This document shows, piece after piece, positions 12,307-24,365 of a DNA stretch of 64,000 nt; position 1 is the first letter of the stretch; each line of letters starts with the position of its first letter. The stretch spans positions 10,788,001 through 10,852,000 of the forward strand of contig NC_086108.1 in NCBI RefSeq assembly GCF_963921235.1. Reading direction: 5' to 3'. A program made the translations under genes and the position numbers. Source of the DNA: Mobula hypostoma. Taxonomy: Eukaryota. A model generated the notes under the pieces. It saw nothing but the letters and a program-made list of their open reading frames with translations. It did no database searches and had not been told where the DNA came from.

Positions 12307-13207
12307 AATGATTCCATCCACCAGTAAAACCTTCTTAGTGAATGACCTGTCTCCAGGGCGCGACTATGACCTGTGCATCCTGGCCGTCTACGACGACTGG
12401 AGCACGCTGATGACAGCGACCAGAGTGGTGGGCTGCGTGCAGTTTACTACGGAGCAGGAGTACTCCCGCTGCCACTCCATGCACACGCAGTTCCTTGGTG
12501 GGACAATGATCATCATCATCGGCGGCATCATCGTGGCCTCCGTCTTGGTCTTCATCATCATCCTGATGATCCGCTACAAGGTGTACAGCAACGCAGGTGA
12601 GGGCAAGACGCCGGTCAGCAACGTCTGCTCTCAGACCAATGGCAGTCAGCAGGGAGGCATGACGCGGTCCAGCTCCAAGCTAGCCGAGGGGTCAGGTGAG
12701 TGCACGCAGGAGATTTTCGGTGACTGCCCCAAAGGCTCGGTGACTGTGCTATTAAACCTGTCGGGGGAACAGTGCGGCAGCCCTCCGAGCAGCAGCGGAA
12801 TGACAATGGACTCTCTATCTCACACACAGAGGAGGACAAAGCCGAGCCCAGACCTCCAGAAAGAGGCACAGTTGTCTTCTGAAGAGAGAGCGACCGAAGG
12901 AAGCACCACTGACTCCAGCATGTCAGTCTGTCTGATCAGGGCGAGCAAGGGTAACCTGCCCCGGAGAGAGAGGCAGATTAAGCTTGGTAACGTTCCCGTT
13001 CTGCCCTGCGAGTTCCCAAGGTCCCAGCATAGACACTCCTTTGATGGAGACTATTCTCTGTTCCAGAGTCACAGTTACCCAAGGCGGGCGCGGACTAAAG
13101 CAAGCCTGACCGGCAGCGGGCAGAATTTGAACTCTGATGAGTTTGCTCTGGAGAGCAAGAGAACGACATACGGCAGCACAGAGTGGATGCTGGAGAGCAC
13201 AGTGTGA
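12307..13207 (+). CDS. LRFN1: Last coding exon of LRFN1 (SALM2)-like synaptic adhesion molecule: FN3 end, TM helix, cytoplasmic tail with PDZ-binding motif
   Basis: Acceptor tctttcag|A at 12306/12307 (phase 2, completing the conserved R-MIP); [20 protein letters not shown]...[56 protein letters not shown] and [10 protein letters not shown] match LRFN1 as I recall it. The ATG at 12308 is internal, not a start codon. Confidence 0.93.
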
Positions 13208-13880
13208 GCTGATAGGACAGCATCATGACTGGAGGGCCAGCACTCGGCCACTGGTAACCCTTGGCGGGAGGCCGCGGGCAGGGAAGCCCTTGGCGCACTT
13301 GGCAATGCCTTAAACCACCACACCACCGGACCTTGTCAGGGTAAAGATGACTGATGCACAACACCGGGGACAAGGAGGGGCCCTCACCGCACCCTCGAGT
13401 TCTTTCTTAACTTCGTCATTATGTGTCTGCAATCCAAAGCAACTGGCGTCAATCTGTGGTGCATTCTGAGCACGTCGTTTCACAGCTGCCTGGAACAACA
13501 TCTGGTTTGCACTCGTTTCCGAAGAAGGCAAGGCTCGGCCATTTATTAAAACTGGAAAGTAACGGTGTATCGCATAAACGTGTGGAAAGAAATGGGGGTC
13601 AAAGATTCAGACGATTCCAGAGTGCTTTTCAGTGACTACTAATTTCATGTTTGATATTTGTTGTATCTGGCTGGCCTGGATAAATTTCTGTGTAAGTGTC
13701 TTACACTATATCTATAAAGGTATCTTGATGGAGATATTTGTATAGATATATGTATTGCTATTCTACATTTATATATCTATATAGTAAAATGAGTCGTTCC
13801 ACCCATGATGTTTTTAAAGACCCCCTTGGAACACGTTTTTATATTAAAAACCTGTGCCATCACTTTCTCCAGTGTATCTT
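13208..13880 (+). other. Probable LRFN1 3' UTR with candidate poly(A) signal ATTAAA at 13843-13848
   Basis: Unique sequence after the stop codon; ATTAAA is followed about 30 nt later by a T/GT-rich tract; repeats resume at ~13900. Confidence 0.55.
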
Positions 13881-13992
13881 TTCTTTTGATTGTGTTGGTC
13901 AAGTTTATTGTTATTTAACTATACCGCCAAAGGAGACAATACTTTTCCAGATCCCAGGGTGCAAAGCACAGTAGTACACACAACACGCGTAT

Positions 13993-14459
13993 AAGGTTCA
14001 AGGTACATTTATTATGAGAGAATGTATGCAGTAAACAACCCTGAGATTTACCTTCCCACGGACAGCCACCAAACAAAGAAAACCATGGACCTGTTCAAAG
14101 AGAAACATCAAACCCCCACCCCCACGCAAAAAAAAAACAAATTGCTTAAACCTCAACGAGAACATCAAACTCCCAACCCCCATCACGCAAGTAAACAAAC
14201 AATTCACGCAAATGGCAACAAGAACATCAAACCCCAATCACCCCTTGCTCAAGAAAAACAAACAAAACAAATCACATATGCGGCAACAAGGAATGGGCAA
14301 AAACACAGAATATACAACATAAAACTGAAAGAGTCCACAACAGTCCATTCAATAAACCCCGACCCAGAACTTCAGTTCCATCCTCCGCTACATTACGGGA
14401 CAGAGTGACCACTCGAACGCAGGGACCTTCCCTTGGGAGCAGTGAGAGAGGGAGAGAGA

Positions 14460-14524
<65 letters not shown>

Positions 14525-14546
14525 AGACAGGGAGAGAGAGAGAGGG

Positions 14547-14615
<69 letters not shown>

Positions 14616-14696
14616 AGACAGGGAGAGAGAGAGGGGGGGGGAGAGAGAGACAGAGAGAGAGAGAGAGGGGGGGGAAGACAGGGAGAGAGAGGGGGG

Positions 14697-14746
<50 letters not shown>

Positions 14747-14842
14747 CACACACAGACACCTGCACCAGTGAGAGACAGAGAGACAGAAGGAGAGAGAGAG
14801 AGAGAGAGAGACACACACACAGATCACTGGCACCATCTTGAC
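13993..14842 (-). mobile_element. ORF-less non-LTR-derived element hosting an expanded (GA)n tract
   Basis: AAGGTTCAAGGTACATTTATTAT tail at one end and CACCATCTTGAC (minus-strand GTCAAGATGGTG) at the other. Confidence 0.55.
14443..14812. repeat. Compound (GA)n microsatellite with G-run interruptions
   Basis: Directly visible. Confidence 0.98.
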
Positions 14843-16489
14843 CTACAATAAATTTGGAAAGTATGAATTAAATCTACAAATGAATTACGTATACATCAAC
14901 AAGATAAAGTGCATGAATTAAATATTGTAGGTTTCAGTACAAATTATCTGGTGACACTTCGAATGCGATGTGGCAGGGAGTTCAGAAGCCTAGAGGCCTG
15001 AGGGAAGAAATTGTTTTCCAGCCTGACCGTTCTTGTCTTTATGCATCAGAGTCTCCTGGTGAACACTTCACATGACAAAGGGAGGGATATCATTGAACAG
15101 GAAAAACTGCAGGGAAGATTTCAAAGTTCAAAAGTTCAAAGTAAATTTTATTATCAATGTACATATATGTCACTATATACAACCCTGAGATTCATTTTCC
15201 TGTGGGAATACTCAATAGATCTGTAGAATAATTACCATGACAGAATCAAGGAAAGACTGCCCAACTTGGATGTTCACCCAGAGTGCAGAAGACAGCAAAC
15301 TAAGAAATAAGCAAACTAAGCTAACCTTGGAGAAAGTTCAAAGGAGGTTCACGAAAATGATTCTGGAATTGAAATGCTTATCATGTGAGCAGCATTTGAC
15401 AGCTCTTGGCCTGTACTCACTGGAAATCAGAAGAATGAGAGTGTTCTCATTGAAACCTATTGAAAGTTGAAAGGCTTGGCTAGAGTGGATGTGGAGAGGA
15501 TGTTACCAGTGGTGGGGAGTTTAGCACCAGACGACACGGCCTCAGAATAGAGGGGTGTCCTTTTAGAATCAATACAAGGAGGATTTTCTTTATAGCCCGA
15601 GAGTGGTGAATCTGAGGAATTCCTTGTCAAAGGTGGCCGTGGAGGCCAATTCATTGGGTATATTTAAAGCAGTAGTTGATAGATTCTAGGTCAATCAGGG
15701 CATGAGGGGATACAGGGAGAAGGCAGGAAATTGAGGCTGACAGGGAAAATGGATCAGCCATGATGAAATAGCAGGACAGGCATGATGGGCCAAATGGACT
15801 AATTCTGCTCCTATATTTTAAGGTCTCATGGTCCAACTGTGCAAATACAAAAAGAAAGAAATGATATAAATAAATAAATAGGCAACATGTAATGAAAACA
15901 TAAGATGAAGTGAATCCATAGGTTGTGGGAACACTTCAATGATGGGGCAAGAGAAGCTGAGTGAAGTTATCCTTTGGTTTGAGAGCTTGATGGGTGAGGA
16001 ATAGTAACTGTTCCTGAACCTGGTGGTGTGAGTCCTGAGACTCCTGTGCCTTCTACCTGATGGCAGCAGTGAGAAGAGAGCATGACCTGGTTGGGGGTCC
16101 CTGATGATGGCTGCTGCTTTCCTGCGACAGCGTTTCATGTAGATGTGCTCAGTGGCTGGGAGAGGTTTACCAGGATGCTACCAGGATCAGGGGGGTTGGG
16201 TTACAGGGAGAGATCGACTAGGCTGAGCTTCCACAGATGTATAGAGTCATGAAAGACACAAATAGGATGAAGGCACACAGCCTTTATTCCAGGGAAAGGA
16301 AAGAAAAAAACAAAAAAAAACTAGAGGGCACAGGTTAAAGGTGAGAGATGAAAGATTTAACAGGGACCTGAGGGGAACCCTCTTCAGGTTCATTGATGTA
16401 ATGAGCTACCAGAGAAAGGGGCTGAGGCAGGTGAATTAACAACATTGGAAAGACGTTTGGACAGGTACATGGATAGGAACAGTTCAGAG

Positions 16490-16569
16490 CAGGGGATGCC
16501 AAACTTTCTTATGCCATGGACCAATACTATTAAACAAGGGGTCCGTTGACCCCAGGTTGGGAATACCTG
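16490..16569. mobile_element. 80-bp hAT/Charlie-type MITE in a CR1 tail
   Basis: Imperfect TIRs CAGGGGATGCCAAACT / AGGTTGGGAATACCTG; degenerate 8-bp TSD GTTCAGAG / TTTTAAAG. Confidence 0.7.
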
Positions 16570-16958
16570 TTTTAAAGGAATATGGGTCAAACATCAAACA
16601 CTGCAGTACAGTACAGTACAGGCCTATTGGCCCACAATGTTGTGCCGACGTTTTAACCTTCTCCAAGATCAATATAACCCTTCCCTCTAATATAACCCTC
16701 CATTTTTTTCTATCATCCATGTGCTTATCTAGGAGTTTCTTAAATGTCCCTAATGTATCTGCTTCTACTACCACCTTCGGCAATGTGTTTCATGCTCCCA
16801 CCACTCTCTATACTTTGCTCCAATCACCTGAAAATTATGGTCCTTCATATTAGTCATTTCTGCCCTGGAATAATGTCTCTGGCTGTCCACTCTAGCTATG
16901 CCTCTTATCATCGTGTACACCTCTATCAAGTCACCTCTCATCCTCCGCCACTCTAGAC

Positions 16959-17025
16959 CAGAGGTTCCCAACCTGGGTTCCATGTACGCCTCAGTTCATG
17001 GCATAAACATGGGTGGGAACTCCTA
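16959..17025. mobile_element. 67-bp hAT/Charlie-type MITE, same family, opposite orientation
   Basis: CAGAGGTTCCCAACC...GGTGGGAACTCCTA; 8-bp TSD CTCTAGAC / CTCTAGAA (the NTCTAGAN target preference of Charlie elements). Confidence 0.8.
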
Positions 17026-17950
17026 CTCTAGAAAAGTCCTAGCTCCCTCAGCCTATCCTCATAAGACATGCTGGGACTGACATGATGGACATGATGGTCG
17101 ACACGGACGAGTTGGGCTGTGGGACCTGTTTCATGCTGAGATACTTGTTGACAAATCTTTGTAAAGGGCAAGGGCTCACTGGGAGGGAGCTACACCGCTG
17201 ATGCTGAAATATTGTCCTGCACGTTGAGCTTCGGCAGTCTTCCTGCCTCTGCCACCCACACACCGTGCCTCTGGGGGCAGTATTGCCTGGTCTGTGGTTC
17301 AGCACTGTTCCCTTTCCAACAGAAGTGGAAAACTTTTGAGTGCCTTCCAATCAAAAATACTTGACAATACTTGACTGTTGTAATAGAAGAGTTGTTTGTA
17401 CCCAGCAAGCTATGTAATAAGAGACAGGACAATCCTTGGATAGCAGAATGGGAAAGAACCTTCTGCTTCCCCTTTGAACCTACTGACCGGGGATCTTTGA
17501 CATGAGTATGAGGGCAGGTGGAGCCTCAGTGTAATAACTCAGCTGAAAGAGGGGACTTTAGATGTCTCACACTGAATCTTCATCCCTCACCTTTAAGTCC
17601 TTGGATTTGGACCCAGAGGAGCAAGCTGCTGGCTCGGAGATGAGAGTGTCAGAGTGGAGACAGAGAAAACCCTGTTCTCTCTGGCCACACACAACCACAA
17701 AGTTCATGGGAAAGAAGAATTTTGCAAAGGCACGCTCTCTTTGGGAGCAGCTGAAACCTCAGCTGTGCTCATGCCAGGGAGGGGTGGTGGGAGTTAGTGT
17801 TGGACTGTGGGAGGTGGGCAACCATGGGCAAAACCTCAGTCTCACAGAATTAAGCCAATTGTGAAAAAAACACCTATTAAAAATGAAGTTCCAGTCCACC
17901 CGGAGAGTAAGGGTAACAATCTTTCATCATCATCAAGATTGTACCTGAGA

Positions 17951-18195
17951 GATACAGAGACTTCAGATGCTGGAACCAGGAGCACGCACAATGTTCTGGA
18001 GAAACCTGATGGGACAGGCAGCATCTGTGGCAGGTAAAGGACGGTAGATGTTTCAGATTGAAACCCTTCTTCTGGACTGGATAAAGGTTCTCAATCTGAA
18101 GTAATTTACCAGTTTGAAATGTTCACTGTCCAATTCCTTCCACAGATGCTGTCTGACCTGTTAAGTTCTTCTAGAACATTATGTGTTGCTTCAGA
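17951..18195. mobile_element. Old palindromic pair of Penelope-like 3' ends
   Basis: CAGGCAGCATCTGTGG...TTTCAGATTGAAACCCTT is mirrored by AAGGTTCTCAATCTGAA...CCACAGATGCTGTCTG. Confidence 0.7.
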
Positions 18196-18254
18196 CCAGA
18201 ACTTCCCCATCCCCTTCTGCTCATCGCAATCTGCTCACACTCTGCCTCTGATTG

Positions 18255-19015
18255 CCCCGGACAACAAAGATTTTGCTTCCTGAATACTTTGGATGTATCT
18301 TACGGATTCTGGGCTGCTCATCATGAAAATCACCATGGAAGTTTCCTATCAAGCACCATTTTTTTTTGAAATCGCTGGTATTTGTTATTTCAATTCATAA
18401 TTCAAGTTAGAATAACTGATGCCAAGATTAAGGAAGGCATTTTTGTTGAGCCACAAATCAAACAGATCATCAATGACAGGCAATTCGAAGACCTTCTGGT
18501 GGCTCTGGAAGGCATTTAAGTTTGTTGCTGAATATTTTCTTGGCAACTACAGAGCACCAAACTATGTGCAGTTGGTTGATAACATGCTTCAAGCATATAA
18601 AACCAAGATTCATTTTCTGCATACCTATTTAGACCCCTTCCCTGCAAATCTTGGCGCTGTCAGCAACAAGCATGGTGAAAGGACATTGCAGCCATGGAGA
18701 AATGGTATCAGAGCAACTGGAATCCATCAACGCTGGCTGATTATTGTTGGACACTTAAGCGAGGAGCCTCAGACACTGAGTAGAAATGAAAATCATTAAC
18801 AAAACATTTTTAGCTTAGTTGAAATATTGCAAGGCATCAGCACCATTATGCAATTCAAAGCATTACGTTCAATAAAGGTTAATTTTTTGTTTCTCCAAAT
18901 TTCTACGCGATACAAGTAGTCTGAAATTTTATTTGAGCTCAGCTTCAAAGCTTCTATCGTAAACAAAAAATATTCTGAGAAAGCAACACCTTTGAAAAGA
19001 ACTTGTTGTCCATTG
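18255..19015 (+). mobile_element. Chapaev3 (CMC)-type DNA transposon deletion derivative
   Basis: Transposase C-terminal motifs WKAFKFVAEYFLGNYRAPNY...KIHFLHTYLDPFPANLGAVSNKHGER, then (frameshifted) YQSNWNPSTLADYCWTL; imperfect TIRs CCCCGGACAACAA / TTGTTGTCCATTG. Confidence 0.75.
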
Positions 19016-21714
19016 TCACTCCCAATTGCTGTGGAGTATGTTCCTTGCACCAGGTCCCTGCCTACTGTCCCCTGCCTCATTCCATCTGTTCCCTCCTGAT
19101 TGGACTGGCTGTTTACCTCTTCCTGTGCACCTCAGTGGAAACAAGGAAAATGACCTGGGAAAGGATGGGAGTTGTTGAGGATATTAGCAGAAGCTGCCTG
19201 GTGCTTCATCTCCATTCATCATCGAGTGGCGGTGTGTGGACTCGCAGATCAGGACATCTAGATGTTAATATCAGCAAAGACCAATTTTACCGGTAGGACT
19301 ATTTATCATCAACCTTTAAGCTTCAGTTCAACGATTCCTCTCTCCTTGTCACTGAAAATGTTAATACTGCTCACCAGGGAGTCCTGCATGAAGCAGTTCA
19401 CTGCTTTGGCGAAAATATATTTTTGTCTCTTTGCTGGTTTTAATTATTAATTAGTGTTTGCATTATTAAAAGTTCTTGCTAAAGAGTGAGGTGAATAAGT
19501 TTGTCTCTGGAGCTGTTGAGTATATTGAATGTGCTCAGAGCTCTTCAGTCAGACGGAGGTCATTCATAGTAACTGTGTACCAGCAGTCCGCGGTTTCTCT
19601 CTTCACCTGTGCGTACACACACCAGATGGGCCTGTGTTGCATGTCACATAATGGTAAAAATATACCTGCAAGTAATCCCATTCCATGAACAACAAAGGTT
19701 TATTACAACCTCACTGCACCCAATAAGGGACGTAGAGCCTTAGAACAGAGAACAATCAACAGAGGAACAGGCCCTGCAGCCCACAATCCTGTGCTGAACC
19801 AATTAAATTAGTTCAACGGTTCAATTTAATATCAGGGAATGCATGTAGAAAACAACCTGAAATTCTTATTCTTTGTAGACATCCACAAAACAGAAAAAAA
19901 CCCTAAAGAATCAATGATAGAAAAAGTTAGAACCCCAAAGACCCCCTCCCTCTCCCACACATGCAGCAGCAAAGCATCAGACCTGCCCCTCCCCTTCCCC
20001 CACTTGTTCCAGTGAAACGCTACCAACCAACAGCAAAGTTCCCAGAGACGATCATCTATGGTCCATTAAAAGAAACTGCTGTCCATCCCAATACCTTTCC
20101 ATCTCAGACAGGCTCTCCCTTACTAACGAGGGAGAGAGATATCGCTCCTGCTATAGTGAGAGGCAACAGCTCACTGTTTTCATCTTACAGTCTGCAGCTT
20201 ATACGAGCTGCCCTGTCTTGTGAATCAGCAGACACTCTCTCTCACCATTCAGAGAGAGAGAGGGAGAATCAGTAATCAAATGGCTAACTAAACTAATCTC
20301 TTCTGCCTACATGATGTCCATATCCTTCCATTTTCCTTGCATTCATGTGCCTATCAAAATGTCTCTTAAAAATCTCTAATGTATCTGCCTCTACCTCCAT
20401 CCCAGGCACCCATCGCTCTCTGTGTGAAAAAAACCTTGCCCCTCTCATTTTTCTACTGAGGTTGGGTGGTACTACAGCTCGAGGCCATAGGTTAAAGTTG
20501 AAAGGTGAAATATTTAAGGGGAACATGTGGGAAAACATCTTCACTCAGAGGGTGGTGAGAGTGTGGAATGAGCTGCCAGGGCAGGTGATGCATGCAAACT
20601 TGATTTATGTTTCAGAGAAGTTTGGATAAGTACATGGCTGGTGGGGGTATGGAGGGCTATGGTCCCTGAGCAGGTCAATGGGAATCGTCAGATTAAATAG
20701 TTTGGCATGGACTAGATAGGCTGAAGGGTCTGTTTCTGTACTGTACTCTTCTAAGACTGTAACATCTCCTTTGAATTACCCCCCTCATACCTTAAATACA
20801 TGTTTTCTGGTATTAGGCATTTCTGCCCTGGGAAAAAGATACTCCCTGTCTACTCTATGCCTCTCATAATCTTATAAATCTCTGTACTCCCATGGCCACC
20901 ATCAGCTCCTGTGCAAACTTGGCTCATTAGCCAACCACTGGACTCAGCAGTGAGAAGGCCACCTTTCTTAAATAATATACTGTACATCTAGGGTCGGTAT
21001 GATTTGGGTCCAACCAAACAGGAAAGTTGGGATGTTTTGATTAATGGAACCCCAATTTGAGCGAATGCTGCATAAATACTGCCCATACACAATTATCGGT
21101 CAGCAAGAAATAACAGATCATGCACCACATAAAATTATAAAGGAAGTATATTTACTAACTTCAGCTTTATCAAACAGTTATCATGAGGAAGAAAACAAGA
21201 AGAAAAAAAATAAAATGGCCCATTAGAATTAAACAAGTCTAAATGTGCACATCGCTGGAGCCTGTACTGTCCAAAAGCTGGGTATGACTATTACTCATGG
21301 TGTTCAATTCTCATCACCATTCACCGATAGAACTTTCCATCTTGAACTCCTTCGACTCACGAAGCACTCCTTGCAATTGTGTCTTCTTATTGGATCAAAT
21401 CTTATATCCATCTCTCCTGATCTTCTCCTCTCTGCATCTCCCGCCAAAAAGACCATGAACCCCACCAGTGTTCATCGCAGCTTTTTCTAGAACTTTCTCC
21501 CAATTCCTCCATCCTGATTGGCTGACACAACATTCCTAAGTTGAACATCATCGCTCCTTATCTTTGGCCAAAACTATCAACAGGACATTCTGTGTATACA
21601 GCACAGAAACAGGCCCTCCGGCTCCACCAAGATTCCCATCAAAGCTCATCTCATTAGCCTTCATTTGGTCTATATCCCTCTGAACCTTTCCTATCCATGT
21701 ACCTGTTCAAGTAC

Positions 21715-22405
21715 CACCACAAGTCTGTTGGGGTCATCGACTGTATCTGGTGTGACCTCATGGATATCGGTGGGATCTGATGTAGGTTGGGAGACTGCTT
21801 CGTTGAGCACCTTTGCTCTGTCCACCACAAAAAATGGGAACTCCCAGTGGCCATCCATTTCAATTCTACTTCCCACTCCCATTCTGACATGTCAGTCCAT
21901 GGCCTCCTCTACTGCCACAATGAGGCCACTCAGGCTGGAGGAGCAACACCTTATTTTCTATCTGGGCAGCTTCCAACCTGATAGTATGAACATCGATTTT
22001 TTGAACGTCTGGTAATTGCATCCCTTCTACCTCTCCTTTACCATTCCCCATTCCCATTTTCCTCTCTCACCTTATCTCCTTACCTGCTCACCACACCCCT
22101 CTGGTATTCTTCCTCCTTCCCTTTCTTCCATGATCTTCAGTCCCCTCCTATCAGATACCCCCTTCTCCAGACCCTTATCTCTTCCACCAATCAACTTCCC
22201 AGCTCTTTACTTCACCCCTCCTCCTGTCTCCATTGGACCTATTACCCACCACCTTGTACTTCTTCCTCCCCACCCGCACCTTCTTTCCCCTTCCTTCTTA
22301 ATCCTAATGAAGGGTCTTGGCCTGAAACGGTGACTGTTTACTCTTTCCCATAGATGTTGCCTGACCTGCTGAGTTCCTCCAGCATTTTGTGTGCGTTGCT
22401 CTGGA
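21715..22405 (+). mobile_element. Penelope-like element 3' fragment (GIY-YIG end plus pLTR)
   Basis: GDCFVEHL...LPVAIHFNSTSHSHSDM...LEEQHLIFYLGSFQPDSMNIDF; degenerate hammerhead at ~22300-22335. Confidence 0.85.
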
Positions 22406-23619
22406 TGTCTGTAGATGTGATACCACAATTATTTCTGTCTGATGCTGCTGTTGGGGGGATCTAGCTTCAGATGGGAAATTTGACAAGAAGCCTTTTTAAT
22501 CAGCGCCAGTGTCACTCAGCAAGACCAAGGAACTGATAGTAGACTTCAGGAGATGGAAACCAAAGGTCCATGAGCCAGTCGTCATCGCAGGATCAGAGAC
22601 GGAGAGGGTCATCAATTTTAAATTCATGAGTGTTACTATTTCAGAAGACCTGTCCTAGACCCAACACATAAGTAAAACTTTGACAAGCTTCTACAGATAT
22701 GTAGTGGAGAGTGTATTGATTAGCCGCATCTCAGGCTTATATGGAAACACTAATGCCTTCAAATGGAAAATCCTGCAAAAGGTAGTGGATCGGATTCAGT
22801 ACATCACGGGTAAAGCCATCCCAACCATTGAGCACATAGGAAAGCAGCATCCATCATTAGAGATCCCCACCACCCAAGCTATGCTCTTTTCTCAATGCTG
22901 CCATCAGGTAGAAGGTACAAAAGCTTCAAGATTTGCACCACTAAGTTCAAGAACAGTTACCCACTTGAACAAAAGGGGTAACCACACTCACTTGCCCCAT
23001 CATTGAAAAGTTAAATGATCTCATTAAAAGTTAAAAGTTAAAAGCCAATGATCTCACTTTAAGGACTCTTTATCTTACTCTCTCATGTTCTTGTTATTTA
23101 TTGCTATTTATTTATATTTGCAGTTGCACAGTTTGTTGTCTTCTGCACTCTGGTTGATCTTTCATTGATCCTGTTATAGTTACTGTTCAATGAATTTACT
23201 GAGTATGTCCACAGGAAAATAGATCGCAGGGTTGTATATGGTGACATACATGCACTTTGATAATCAAATTTACTTTGAACTTTCAACTTTGACCTTTTAC
23301 CTGATGTTTTGCAAGAAATGTCCTTTGAAATATCTAGGTGGGAGATGAATTTCTGACCCATCGAAGTCTACGGACAGAGTGTTGGTAGATGGGTACTTGA
23401 TGGTCATCATGGACCCAGGAGTTTATGTTCTCATCAACAGTATCTCAGAGCCACTGCCACCATGTATGAGATTCAGATTCAGGTATTTATCACAGGTACA
23501 TTTGTGTCAACAACAGCATGTGCTGGGGGACAGTCTGTAGGTGTTGACATACATTCTGGTACCACCATAGCTTGCTTACACTGCTTGACAGAGAGCACAA
23601 CAACAGCACGAGGAAGTCT

Positions 23620-24365
23620 GCAGACATTGGAAATCCGAAGCAACCCACACAGCGTCAGAGAGCATCCACAGAGAGGAATAACCAATCAACATTTTGGGCC
23701 GAGCCTCCTCTTCAGGCCTGAGAAGGAGGGAGAAGATGCCGGAATGAAAAGGTGTGGGGAGGGGAAAGAGGCTAGCTGGAAGGTGATAGGTGAAGCCAGG
23801 TGGGTGGCAAAGGTCAAGGGCTTGAGAAGAAAGAATCTGATATGAGAGGAGAGTGGACCATAGGAGAGAGGGAAGGAAGGGACCCAGGGGAAAGTATCAG
23901 GCAGATGAGAAGAAGTTAAAAGGTCAGAGTGAGGAATAGAGCAGAGGTTGGGGAAATTTGTTCACCAAAATAAGAAATAGATATTCATGCCATTAGGTTG
24001 GAGGCTACCTAGATGGAATATAAAGTGTTGCTCCACCACTCTGAAGGTGGCATCAACTCAGTAAAAGAGGAGGCCATGGATTACATTTCGGAACAGGAAT
24101 GGGAATTGGAATTAAAATGTTTGACCATCGGGAAGTCCCATTTGAGGCGGATGGTACAGAGATGCTCAAAGGTGCAGTCCCCCAATTTACATTGGGTTTC
24201 ACCAATGTAGGGGAGGTCTCATTGGGAGCACCGGACACAATAGAAAACCCCTGTAGATTCGCAGGTGAAGTGTTGCCTCAGTTGGAAATACTGTTTGGGA
24301 GATTGACTGGAGGTGAGGAGGAGGTGTATAGCCAAATGTAGCACTTGGGCTGCTTGCAGGGATAA
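23620..24365 (-). mobile_element. Penelope-like element 3' fragment
   Basis: FQLRQHFTCESTGVFYCVRCSQ; homologous to 28650-29480. Confidence 0.8.

Noticed and set aside
12373..12600. Overlapping His-rich alternative-frame ORF in the LRFN1 exon
   Set aside because: Shadow of repeated ATC (Ile) codons of the transmembrane helix.
14272..14851. (SL)n and (ER)n ORFs, also at 61896-62426
   Set aside because: Dinucleotide microsatellite translations.
19136..19292. Plus-strand exon-like segment after a pyrimidine tract
   Set aside because: Lies downstream of the LRFN1 stop and candidate poly(A) signal with no recognisable product; it shows how easily chance exon patterns arise here.
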